Shown one piece after another: positions 26,259 through 40,190 of a stretch of DNA of 64,000 bases (its first letter is position 1; each line of letters starts with the position of its first letter). The notes beneath the pieces are model-generated. The model was not told the origin of the DNA. It did not search any database and worked only from the letters and a program-made list of their open reading frames with translations. A program made the translations under genes and the position numbers. This DNA comes from Octopus sinensis (lineage: Eukaryota), in the NCBI RefSeq assembly GCF_006345805.1, contig NW_021833925.1, forward strand, positions 15,352 through 79,351. Direction: 5' to 3'.

Positions 26259-27429
26259 ATTGTATATGCATTTATATATATATAATATACACATACACAC
26301 ACATACGTGTTCAGATTTACGCACATATCTACCTTTCAGCTTTACAATGCATAAACAAGCAGAGCTAGCAAAATAAAATATATAAAATGATATATAAAAA
26401 GATTAAAGAAGACAAACGTAATAAATCCAAGACAAGCACCACGAAAATCACACATATACGTTAATAAGTCCGTCGTACATAAACACAATACTATCACAGT
26501 TTGTACCTAGAAGAAGCTATACGCATCTCTACAGTTTTACTTTAAGAGTCTTTACAGACATACATGCACACACACGTATATAAACTCACATATACACACA
26601 ACAACGCATATATCTTTATTTTTTTTTTTTTTCACACCATATTGTTCATCTCCTCCCTGAGTGGGATTATTTTAAAAACTAAACGTTTACCCCGAGTCTC
26701 TGGTTGTCCGTGTTTACATTTCTACGTTCTACTTGTGTATAAGAAGCCTCTTCACACTTGTATAAGCGTATTTCGCCAAGTTCGCTGTAGTTGTTGAAAT
26801 ATACTGCTTTTTCTTGTCAAACCTACACCATTCAAAAAAGCGTGTGTATGCGCATGTGTAGGTGTGTGTATCTGTATTTTTTTTTTCTTTTTCGCTTACA
26901 GTCTTTATCTAATATCTTTCTCTCCCTCCCTTTCAGCTCTCTCACTCTCTCTCTCTCTCTCTCTCTCTTTCTCACTTCCTCTCGTTCTGTACAAACCTTT
27001 CAAACAGAACTTCTGTCTTTCACCCTTGTCCTCTCTCTCTCTCTCTCTCTCACTGTCTCTCCAAATCTTTCTACTATTTTTAAATATCCATAGCTATTCA
27101 ATCTAGCTATTATTTCCTACTGCCTCTCTCGCTCTCGTTCTCCCTCTCTCTCTATATATATCTCTCTCCCTCTCTCTCCCTCCCTCCCTCCCTCCTTCCG
27201 TTTCACACTCACGTATACCTTATAGATCTCTCTTTTGTTTTATTCTTTACATTTATCCGTTTATGCCTGCCTCGCTTTCTTCTCTTCTCTCACCTAGTTC
27301 GCGAGCGTGTGTATATGCTTTCGTATGTTATGCTTCTGTGCGTGTAAATCTGTTAACATACAGATATATACAACTTTCCTTCTATCTTTCTTCTTTCTTT
27401 CTCTCTCTCTCTCTCTCTCACACATACTG

Positions 27430-27570
27430 ATGGTAATGCGAGCGAACCACATGGTTACGGGTTCAGTCCCACTGTGTGGCACCTTGGGCAAGTGTCTTCT
27501 ACTATAGCCGACCAAAACCTTGTGAGTGGGTTTGGTGGACGGAAACTGAAAGAAGCCCGTCGTGTATATG

Positions 27571-27603
<33 letters not shown>

Positions 27604-27810
27604 GTGTGTTTGTGTGTCTGTGTGCCCCCCCCCATCGCTTGAGAAGCAATACTGGTGTGTTTACATCCCCGTAACTTAGCGGTTCGGCAAAGGAGAACGA
27701 TAGAATAAGTACTCGGCTTACAAAGAATAAGTCCTGGGGTCGATTTGCTCGACTAAAGGCGGTGCTCCAGCATGGCCGCAGTCAAATGACTGAGATAAGT
27801 AAAAGAGTAA
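27430..27810 (+). mobile_element. 5890-family SINE, + strand
   Basis: aaccacatggttacgggttcagtcccactgtgtggcaccttgggcaagtgtc...gacggaaactgaaagaagcccg...ggcggtgctccagcatggccgcagtcaaatgactgag, then an A-rich tail. Confidence 0.85.
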
Positions 27811-27817
27811 AAAAAAA

Positions 27818-27873
<56 letters not shown>

Positions 27874-28119
27874 TCGGCAGAATTGGAACTCAGAACGTAA
27901 AGACATACGAAATGACTCTAAGAATTCTGATTGACAACTACATTTAATGATGATGATGATGATGATGATGATGACGATTTCTGCTACTGGCAACAAGAGC
28001 CCTAGACAAAGAAAAAAGTGATAAAAGTTTTCGTACGATTTTTTTTTTACTAACCACGAGGACCCAAGACATTGAAGACAACACAAAAAAACCCCCGAAA
28101 AACGACTCACATTATTATT

Positions 28120-28670
<551 letters not shown>

Positions 28671-29348
28671 TATTTTTATTATTATTTTTATATTTTTGGA
28701 TTTTTTAGATTAGAATTAATTGATAATTTCAACACTATCGTGATTATAATTACGAAGTAAGTTATAATTGCAATTATCATCATCATCATTATCATTATCA
28801 TCGCCAACAACAACAACATCAATCCCTCGTTCCCAAGTGTCTCTCCTTGTGTCGTCACCAGTAAAGAACAAAATGGCCACCAGCTGTGGAGTGTGTGTCC
28901 ACTTGTAATATCGATGTTACTTACCACTTCAGAGTTTGAGTGTCGTCTTTGTCGTAGTAGCAATAATATTAATAGTGACGTTAATGGTGGCGGTAGTGGT
29001 GATGGTGGTGGTGGCGGTGGTGGCGGCGGCGGTGGTGGTGGTGATGGATTGTAGATAGGTTGCTGTAAGTATTGGCTCTACTGCAGCTACTGTTGTTGAA
29101 GAGGATGATGTGGTGTTGATGATGGTTCCTACAATAGCCGTGATCGAGTTTAGCGATGACGATGATGACGATGATGATGATGATGATATAGATATATCAC
29201 GACAAAAATACTGTTGCTGCTGCTGCTGATGATGATGATAAGGAGGAGGAGGAGGGGGTGGGAAATGGTGTTGTGTGACAAACACACATTTTCCCCTGAC
29301 CTGATTCGACATATAAGTTTTGGAAATAATGCAGCAGAAGTCATCAAT

Positions 29349-29396
<48 letters not shown>

Positions 29397-29579
29397 AACG
29401 CACATAAAAAATATCAATAACAACCATGATTGCTTCATATTTTGGGACAAGGCCAGCAGTGTTATGGAGAGAGGATAAGACGATTACATTGCTCGTACCA
29501 GTGCTCGACTGGTACTAATTCACCATCTCCGAAAGGATAAATGATAAAGTTGATGACGGCGGAATTGCATCACAGAATA

Positions 29580-29627
<48 letters not shown>

Positions 29628-29865
29628 TGTGTGTGATTGTGTGTGTGTGCGTGCTCACGCTTCGGTTGAGCGCAGCATTCCAAGTGGAGTGAAACTGAGT
29701 AAATATTTGCTAGTGTTGATCGACCAATGCATCGTACGTAAAACTAGTACAAAAAGAAAAAAAAAAACAAAAACAAAAATCACTGCGGAGCCCAGTCGTT
29801 TAGTTTCGAACCTGTCGACCTTAATTCATTTTTGTAATTGTTATATGTATCTATCTATCTATCTA

Positions 29866-29944
<79 letters not shown>

Positions 29945-29946
<2 letters not shown>

Positions 29947-30112
29947 AGGCGCAATGGCCCAGTGGTTAGACCGGGTGTTGTGAGTGTTTATTGAGAGAAA
30001 ACACCTAAAAGGTCCTCGAGGCTCAGGCAGGGGCTCGTGTTAATCCCTGCTGTATTCTTTCACCACAACTTTCTCTCACTCTTTCTTCCGATGGCCTGGT
30101 CGGTCACGTGAT
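29945..30112 (+). mobile_element. 5153-family SINE with two internal deletions
   Basis: ggaggcgcaatggcccagtggttag|accgggtgttgtgagtg (tRNA core deleted at an 'ag' microhomology) ... cttccg|atggcctggtcggtcacgtgat. Confidence 0.75.
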
Positions 30113-30124
30113 ATATATATATAT

Positions 30125-30328
30125 CAAAATGTGACCTCGTGTGTACCGTTGGCGATTTTTTTCCTCTGTCTTCCCTTCTCGGGATCTTTCCTTCTCCTAT
30201 GTTTCCGACGAAGAGCTCCGCTCGAAACGTTAAACCCTCCTTCTTCCCTTCTTTCCTGAGCGTCCAATAATACTATATTTGTTCCACGTCCTCGCGTTGT
30301 GTTTTTTTGTCGTTTTCTTGTTTGGATT

Positions 30329-30333
<5 letters not shown>
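30125..30333 (+). mobile_element. Penelope-like pLTR fragment with minimal hammerhead-like motif
   Basis: gttt-CCGACGA-A-GAGC-tcc-GCTC-GAAAC-GTT-aaac at 30201-30235, with (TA)n flanks. Confidence 0.65.
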
Positions 30334-30368
<35 letters not shown>

Positions 30369-31162
30369 CATGTACTCGTTCATTTTATATTTTCTTTCTT
30401 CTGCACATTTCACTCCATATTTACATAACCGTGCTCTTTATAGCTTCATCTATATCTACACTTCTCTCTCTTCCAGTTTGTCATACATTCTAATTTTACC
30501 TATTTATTTTCTGCGTTTCTCTTTTCCTCTATCATTTTCTTTCTTCCCCGCGCCCCACCTCATTCATGCTCTCTTTCCTTCTAAAACAATTTCTTCCTAT
30601 TTCATTCTGTCTTTCCTATTACTCTTTTCATTTTAATTCCATCTTGGCAATAGCTTTCTGACGTCACAGTTTCTTTCTTTCCGCCACTCTATCAGTCCCT
30701 ACTCCCACTTTTATTTAACCTTTCTCAGTTCTTTCCATCATTTCCTGTACCTCCTTCCATTTGTTTCCCTTTCTTTTATCCTTCTTTTCTTTTTATCCTG
30801 CTTTACTTCTTTTCGTCTTCCTTTATTTTCCCGCCCATTTTGTTTTCGTCACCTTTGTCATCTTTCAACGTTTGTTAGGTTTATTTACGTTGGGAAGATA
30901 TTCCTAGAGAACACTTTATTCTGAAGTTGAATGCAAAAGAGAACGATAAAACCAAGAAGGTGGTTTAAGAATCAGATTGGGGAAGGATTGAAGTATGACA
31001 GGAAGGAAACTATAAAAGACAACAACAAACCTGCCATTGTTTGGCTAAAGACACAGACAGCCATGTCTTATGAAACCTACGTCCACAATTTCATTTCTTT
31101 CTTTTATTCATGGCCGCTTATACAAAAACTGAAGTCAAAAACTCCTGTTTAACGATCGCAAC

Positions 31163-31202
<40 letters not shown>

Positions 31203-31299
31203 CACTTTAAAACACTCATGTTTGTCTATCTTTATCTCTCTATCTATCAATCTATCTAGCTACCTATTTATCTATCAATCTATCAATCAATCAATCCAA

Positions 31300-31361
<62 letters not shown>

Positions 31362-31543
31362 GCCTGTCTGTCTATCTGTCTGTCTGTCAGTCTGCTTTTC
31401 TTTCTGTCTGTCTAACTACACTCAATTGCATACATGCACACATGTCTGTCTGTCACTATCTTTCTATTTATGTTTCTATCTGTCTGTCTGTCTGTCTATC
31501 TGACAGTCTTTCTGGCTGTTTGTCTGTCTCTCACTGTATTTTG

Positions 31544-31655
<112 letters not shown>

Positions 31656-32018
31656 CCTATAATCAAATGCACACACACACACACACACTCCTATAAAAAT
31701 GCTGAGTCCAACAAAAGTGACTGTTTCGTTCAAGAGCTTATCAAGGAAAGCTCTACTCATACGTATTTCTAAATGAACATGTAACTCCATGATATGCGTG
31801 CTCGTGTGTCTGCGTGTGTATCTGCGTGCGCACTAATTTATTGTGTGTGTTAATATGTGGAAGCACAAACATGCGCATCCAAACATATATAGATATCAAT
31901 GTATATGTGTATGTGTGAATATTTCTGGGTGTGTATACGTATTCATGTTTAGCTAATATTGTATAACCTTGGTAATAATAACAACAACAACAACAATAAC
32001 AATAACAATAACAATAAC

Positions 32019-32059
<41 letters not shown>

Positions 32060-32406
32060 TAATAATAGTAATAATAATAATTGTGGAGCAAGAACAAAGG
32101 CTGAATTAGTAGTGATTAGAAATCCAGAGTTGTTCAAAGCGTAGTACTGTTATAATATATCCTAAAGGTTTTAGTTGTCTACTTCATAGGTCAACTAATC
32201 CTACAGTGAATTCAACAGTTTATCTGGCAAGAATAGGAAGGTTCCATTTCCTCTGTAGTTTCTGTAATAGCTTGCTTTGATCGACGTGTTTATAGCCATC
32301 GAAATAGTTAGAGAGACAAGAGAAGAGAGCCGCATACTCCTCTATGGTTTCCTCGCAAGATGTATCGTTTACATCAAACGCACGCGCGCTGATGCGCGGC
32401 ACACAT

Positions 32407-32438
<32 letters not shown>

Positions 32439-33015
32439 TTGCATGTACACATTCATGTATATATGTAAATAAATCAAAGTGTGTGCGTATACGTATCTGT
32501 GTTTTTATATATGTATGTGTGTGTGTATGTATATAAATATGCATGTGTGTGTATGTATATAAATATATATATAAGAATATGTGTATGTGTGTGTTGACAC
32601 AAATACCCACACACTCATGCTCTAATAAGACGTAGTGCAGGAAATAAAAGATTTGGGAATATAACCAGGATACGGTATTGTGATAATCGTATCTCTCGTA
32701 GAATACACTTCTTCAATATCTTTTTACGCATTCATATGTTTTAACGTGGATTTGTATATGATTGCAGTGTATCCATCAAGTGTACATACACCCACACACA
32801 CACACAAAGACACAAAGACACAAACACACAAATACATCTGAGGAGAATGTGTTTGTGAGAGAAAATATGTATGTGAATGGATGCATGTACGGATATAGAA
32901 TGTTATACATCTAAAGAGATACAGGGAAAAATCACGACTTGCAATATTCTCAAAAGGGTAACCAAATCCACGACTAGTTGTAACTGGATGCCGCTTATGT
33001 CAAAAGTCATACATC

Positions 33016-33064
<49 letters not shown>

Positions 33065-33346
33065 ACATATTGATACCTATGTTATGGTTGTGTATTTATA
33101 TTTGTCTAAATATATTAAAAGTAATAGAATTATATATGTGAATCATGTTGAATTTTTTTTTCTGCTTCTCTTTTCTTATATATATGTTGATAACAGCATA
33201 TATATACATACATGCGTAGAAATTCATCAAAGCTGCTAGCCTATTCTGCGCTGATTCCAGTTTTACTATCTCCGGTGCTTGCCGCCAAGGGATCCTACTG
33301 CTTTGATTTACATACAAAAACCACAGATTCTCTCCTATATATATAT

Positions 33347-33378
<32 letters not shown>

Positions 33379-33381
33379 GAT

Positions 33382-33413
<32 letters not shown>

Positions 33414-34506
33414 AATATATAAGTAAATTTGTATATTTATATATATATATTTATATATATATATATAAATATACAAATTTACTTATATATTTATATATAT
33501 TTGTATTTATATATAAGTGTGTGTGTAAAGAGAGGGTGAGAGAGGAAGACTCATACGCACATATATGCATACTGCAAGCACACACAGACACATGTATGTG
33601 AATATATTACATACACACATATGTATATGTTCGATGGTGGGGAATATTGATCTTTTTTTGCTATGTGTACTTTTTACCTGTTTTTTTTTTTTGTTACAGT
33701 TTTGTGTTGTTTTTCTCGTTTCGGTGGTGTTTCCCAGGTATTCATTGTACATTATTGTTATCAGGCATGTAATTTCTATTGATGTTGCTTGTTTTTATAT
33801 ACCCACTACTGGTGTTTAACATTATTCTAATCGCTCATTATGCTTGTGCGCGTGTGTGTGTATGTGTAAGTGTTTGTGTGTGTGTGTGTGTGTTTGTGTG
33901 TATTCACATAGGCGAATATGTATTTGAAATCTCGGAAACCAAAGGCCATAATTTCTGTCTCCAAAGAAACTATTGCCTTCAGATCTTGGAAAATGACTCT
34001 TCCGGGGGTTTTTCGTAAGGTACCACCGAACTGAGGACAAACACTATAATCTATATTTTGCCGTTCAATCCCTGCAGTGTATGTGTGTGTGTGAGTGTGT
34101 GTGTGTTTGTAGCAATATATACATACATGTAACTGTATATATATAACATGTGTGTGTATAAGCAATTATACATGCATGTGTGTACGCGTGTGTGTATATC
34201 TTTGTCAAAATGTCAATATTACTCTGAATCTGTTCGGCCCTTTTATGTTTTGTCCATGTTTATGTTATTTACTCTGTACCATATTCTGGTCGTTGTAGCA
34301 AAATCTGTATTGTATACACTTGTGTTCTATTATGCTTTGTTTGTGTATATTCAAACCGAGTGCTTAGAAATTCTTTTCGTCCGCCATAATTATTATACCA
34401 TTCCATTTTTAATCTTCTCTTACATCATAGTATCTATCTATCTGTCTATTATATTATTTTTGTGACTGCTTTATTATTTCTTGTTAATATTTTCTAAAGG
34501 ATACCC

Positions 34507-34663
<157 letters not shown>

Positions 34664-34752
34664 TCTATTTATCTATTTATCTATCTATCTGTCTATCTGT
34701 CTGTCTATCTGTCTGTCTGTCGGTATATCAAGACATCTTTCTACCTACAAAT

Positions 34753-34821
<69 letters not shown>

Positions 34822-34959
34822 TATTCAGGTTTACATGTGTCTGCACGTGTCAGTATGTGCGCTCATATATATGTACTCATATGCATACATGTATATGTTG
34901 TATGTGTGTGGAAATTTATACATACATGTAAGTATTTATATACATATATATATATATAT

Positions 34960-35075
34960 ATCACGTCATCACGTGACCGACCAGTCCATCAGATGTAGTA
35001 ACACATCGCTGGTCACAATGCTTTCGCATTGTTTTAGCCTTCGAATGACGCACCCGCTGGCTAAGCGAGCAGGCA
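34960..35075 (-). mobile_element. 5'-truncated SINE tail (cacgtgat family)
   Basis: Reverse complement of the 26047 piece, in (TA)n. Confidence 0.75.
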
Positions 35076-35137
35076 AAACATATATATATATATATATTAT
35101 ATATATATTATAATATATATTATATATATATATATAT

Positions 35138-35770
35138 GAAAAAAAGTCAAAAATAGAAAATGCTAAGATAATTGTATAGTGAATCTTTCAGTACGGTTCG
35201 GTCATTTTGAGACCTTTTCAACTGTAACGATTAAATAATAAATTTAGAAAAAAATTAAAAGAAAAGTTTTTTTAAAAAGATATTTTATAGTAGTGTTCAG
35301 ATATAAGTAGCATTCTGCCTTCTCTGACTCCCTTGTTTGCCACTTGTGTGTTCGGGGTCGTTGTGAGTTCTTGGTAGGGTAGGTGAAGAATAAGGAGGCT
35401 GATGTGGAGAGAGGGTGGGGAAATCTGGGAATGCCTTGATGGTCGTATTTTGAATATTCAAAATACGGCCATCAGGCATTCCCAGATTTCCCACCCCTCT
35501 CCACATCAGCCTCCTTATTCTTCACCTACCCTACCAAGAACTCACAACGACCCCGAACACACAAGTGCAAACAAGGGAGTCAGAGAAAGGCAGAATGCTA
35601 CTTATATCTGAACACTACTATAGAATATTCTTTTAAAAAACTTTTCTTTTAAATTTTTCTAATTTAATTGTTAATCGTTACAGTTGAAAAGGTCTCAAAA
35701 TGACCGAAACGGGTACTGAAAGATTCACTATAAAATTATCTAGCATTTTCTATTTTTGACTTGTTTTTTC
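35138..35770. repeat. Loop-less ~630-bp palindrome (two ~315-bp inverted arms)
   Basis: Centre tgaat|attca at 35455/35456. Arms match out to aaaagtcaaaaatagaaaatgcta / tagcattttctatttttgactt with only scattered small indels and substitutions. (TA)n on both sides. Confidence 0.95.
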
Positions 35771-36890
35771 ATATATATCAACTCGTGTGTTCCTTTTCCA
35801 CCCTATACAAATATATATATATAAATATATATATATATAGTATATATATATATATATATATTATATATATGCATTATAGATATTATATATTATATATATA
35901 TTTATATATAGAGGGCTTATTAATCCATGCCAGATGGCATTATTACATACATGCCACACGCTAAGAGGGACATTAGTCATGTCTACCAAAAATATAATAA
36001 TCCCACCGAATGCATTTTTCAAAGTAAGACATTTAAAAAATATAGACCTGTTATCACAGTGATTTCATACTTACGTATTCATCAGCAGGGCCTCTGGATG
36101 TATCATACATAAACGACCTTGCCTCGCTTAAGCCGATCAGCTAATGATCAACATCAACGAAGCACATGGGTGAGTTTACATATATACCTCCTGTAAATGC
36201 AGGACTTTACGAATTGCATTAGGGAAAGGAAAAGTTTTTTCGGATAAAAATTAGCAATAAGGACAACTACTTAATAAGGAAAACTTAACAAGAAATTGTC
36301 AGGTAGATAGCGTGAAAACCTCATAAGAGAAAAAAATTTCGAAATAATTATTCTTATTGAACATATTAATTTATATATAGAGGGCATTAAACATCCAGCC
36401 AGATGGCATTATACATACATGCCACAGGCTAAGAGGGACAATTAGTCATATATATATATATATATATGCATATATATATATATATATATATATACTATAT
36501 ATGATTATATATACGTACACACACTCACGCACACGCATACATTTATATGTTCTTACATAAACCTACGATCACTACTTTTATATATTTGTGTATGTGTTTG
36601 TGTGTGTGTGTATGTGTTACAGCATTGATAAAGGCAGAGCTCAATCAGATAGAAATGTGTCGTTTGCGTCCTAGACACTGCTTAACTCTCGACGAACAAG
36701 CTTACGTAGCATTAAGTTGATATTGTTGGTGACTTAAAAGTGAGGTATCATCAAGGTGGTTCTTTGTTTTGCTGTACTGACAAACTTACAATGATCTATC
36801 TTGAAAGGACAGATCATCTGCAGTCTGTTATTACCTTTTCCTATATAATTATGCAGCTCTCTCCGTGACATTTGTCAATTCATGTGTTAC

Positions 36891-38617
36891 GTTTTATAAA
36901 GAACCTTTATCAAAATGGTAATACGAGAATTCATTTAACTAAAAAATGTCTGAGTTGCTATTTCATAAATGTTACTAGCTTGAAAAGTTACCGTTTTATA
37001 TATGTTGATAATTTGAAAGAAAGTAACTATTGTGGTATCAGATCTTTATTTTGTGTATTCGAATCTAAAACCTATACAAATGTAACGTTTTAAAGAACCT
37101 TTATCAAAATGGTAATACGAGAATTCATTTAACTAAAAAATGTCTGAGTTGCTATTTCATAAATGTTACTAGCTTGAAAAGTTACCGTTTTATATATGTT
37201 AATAACCTGAAAGAAGTAACATTGTGGTATCAGATCTTTATTTTGTGTATTCGAATCATAAAACCTATACAAATGTACACGTTTTAAAGAACCTTATTCA
37301 AATGGTAATACGAGAATTCATATAACTAAAATGTCTGAGTTGCTATTTCATAAATGTTACTAGCTTGGAAAAGTTACCGTTTTATATATGTTGATAATTT
37401 GAAAGAAAGTAACTATGTGGTATCAGATCTTTATTTTGTGTATTCGAATCTAAAAACCATACAAAATGTAACGTTTAAAGAACCTTTATCAAAATGGTAA
37501 TACGAGAATTCATTTAACTAAAAAATGTCTGAGTTGCTATTTCATAAATGTTACTAGCTTGAAAAGTTACCGTTTTATATATGTTAATAACCTGAAAGAA
37601 AGTAACTATTGTGGTATCAGATCTTTATTTTGTGTATTCGAATCTAAAACCTATACAAATGTAACGTTTTAAAGAACCTTTATCAAAATGGTAATACGAG
37701 AATTCATATAACTAAAAATGTCTGAGTTGCTATTTCATAAATGTTACTAGCTTGAAAAGTTACCGTTTTATATATGTTGATAATTTGAAAGAAAGTAACT
37801 ATTGTGGTATCAGATCTTTATTTTGTGTATTCGAATCTAAAACCTATACAAATGTAACGTTTTAAAGAACCTTTATCAAAATGGTAATACGAGAATTCAT
37901 TTAACTAAAAAATGTCTGAGTTGCTATTTCATAAATGTTACTAGCTTGAAAAGTTACCGTTTTATATATGTTGATAATTTGAAAGAAAGTAACTATTGTG
38001 GTATCAGATCTTTATTTTGTGTATTCGAATCTAAAAACTATACAAATGTAACGTTTTAAAGAACCTTTATCAAATGGTAATACGAGAATTCATTTAACTA
38101 AAAAATGTCTGAGTTGCTATTTCATAAATGTACTAGCTTGAAAAGTTACCGTTTTATATATGTTTATAACCTGAAAGAAGTAAATATTGTGGTATCAGAT
38201 TTTATTGTGTATTCGAATCTAAACTATACAAATGTAAACGTTGTAAAAGAACCTTTATCAAAATGGTAATACGAGATTTCATTTAACTAAAAAATGTCTG
38301 AGTTGCTATTTATAAATGTTACTAGCTGAAAAGTTACCGTTTTATATATGTAATAACCTGAAAGAAAGTAACTATTGTGGTATCAGATCTTTATTTTGTG
38401 TATTCGAACTAAAACCTATACAAATGTAACGTTTAAAGAACCTTTATCAAAATGGTAATACGAGAATTCATATAAATAAAAAATGTTCTGAGTTGCCTAT
38501 TTCATAAAATACTAGCTTGAAAAGGTACCGTTTATATATGTTAAAACCTGAAAGAAAGTAACTATTGTGGTATCAGATCTTTATTTTGTGTATTCGAATC
38601 TAAAACGTATACAAATG
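36891..38617. repeat. Tandem array of 9 x ~193-bp AT-rich units
   Basis: Unit starts (gttttaaagaacctttatcaaaatggtaatacgagaattc) near 36891, 37087, 37281, 37473, 37666, 37859, 38053, 38240 and 38431. Confidence 0.95.
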
Positions 38618-39828
38618 TAGTAACGAAATTTGTGTATGCCCAAATACAAGTGTAATACAATGATAAGTACATATTTATAACATTACAAATTTAATCCCGA
38701 GAATTACGTTGTAAATAATATTCAACATCGCAAAAATGGACAACATATGATAGGAATCGAATCACGTAACTATCACTTGATCGTAAACTACGTCTCCGAC
38801 TGTCCTATATAGACACCGCCATTCGCTATATTCTAATTCAATGCTATAAAACTGTTTTTCTGTCATTCAATTATTTGAAAATAGAAGATAAAAAACGATA
38901 GATACTCGCTTTATCTTCCGTCAATGGGTCTCCTGCTCTTTGCTGTCACAAATTGGTGCTTATAACGTCTAATGCAATTCACATATATCACATTCTAGAC
39001 ATTTCTTCATAGATAATAGGATACATTTCGACAAATATATCATATTTGATTTCCGCTCACATTACCTTTACGAATACAGCTGGTGAGAAATTCACGAGTG
39101 TCATCAATCTTGTAATTTTTACTTGTGAGATCTTCACAGAATTGTAACTAGTGTTTTTTATTATTAAAAAAAAAAACGTTATTAGAAAGTTCAGGCTAGA
39201 ATCTTTAGACATTGTTTACCTTATATGGCTACAATTCATGTGTGAGTGACATTCACTGCTGGACTTTAGTCATTTCGTTCAAAAACTATGGCTGTAGTTA
39301 CCCTAACTATTTTCTTTTTGTCATTCAGCTATGGGATCGTGTCATTTGTCTTTCTCATACAATAAAATTCCGTTTAACATTAATGCTGTACGATTGGTTG
39401 AATCTTTAGAAAGTCGGAAAAAACTGCTTTACAAAATACGTTCCAGCTCCTTACGATCTGAGTTCAAATATCACCGAAGTCACTTTTCACCCACTTCTCT
39501 GTGGGGGGCCGATGAAATAACGTACCAGTCAAATTCTGGCTCAATTTTTCCCTTCCTTATAAATTCCTTGGCTCGTGCTAATTTTAGAAATTATCATACG
39601 CAATAACTGCAGAGTTAAACTCTGTTCCTTTAAGTCTTCGTTTCAAAACACAACCTGGTCGGTGTTACCTTTCATTCTCCCGGAATCGAGGATAAGTGTA
39701 CTAGTGAAATATTGACTCTAGTTCAATCGTAATATGCAAGACTCTATCACTCTAAGGTTCGATACTTGCGACAGGAAATAACCTCATTAATTAGTTTAAG
39801 CATGAACATCTGGATATCAATAAAATAA

Positions 39829-40190
39829 TTATTCTTTTCTACTCTAGGCACAAGGCCCGCAATTTTGGGGGAGGAGGGGCTATTCGATTAGATCGACCCC
39901 AGTACGCAACTGGTACTTAATTTATCGACCACGAAAAGATGAAAGGCAAAATCAACCTTGGCGAAATTTGAACTCAGAACGGAAAGTCAGACGAAATAAT
40001 TACTGATCAACTATTCTTTTCTACTCTAGGCACAAGGCCCGCAATTTTGAGGGAGGGGGGCTATTCGATTAGATCGACCCCAGTACGCAACTGGTACTTA
40101 ATTTATCGACCACGAAAAGATGAAAGGCAAAGTCAACCGTGGCGAAATTTGAACTCAGAGCATAGAGACAGATGAAATAATTACTGATCA
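39829..40190 (-). mobile_element. Tandem duplication of a truncated Nin-like SINE (2 x ~181 bp)
   Basis: Both copies share private variants (gaccacgaaaagatg, ggggctattcg) and the same breakpoint (gaaataattactgatcaa). Confidence 0.85.

Noticed and set aside
28929-29450. 173-aa Ser/Thr/Gln/Pro-rich ORF resembling a transcription-factor low-complexity region
   Set aside because: A patchwork of (GGT)n, (GAT)n, (GCT)n and (CA)n repeats, with no conserved domain or splice support.
36891-38617. CRISPR-like array
   Set aside because: Units are contiguous near-identical monomers without unique spacers, no cas genes are present, and the context is eukaryotic.
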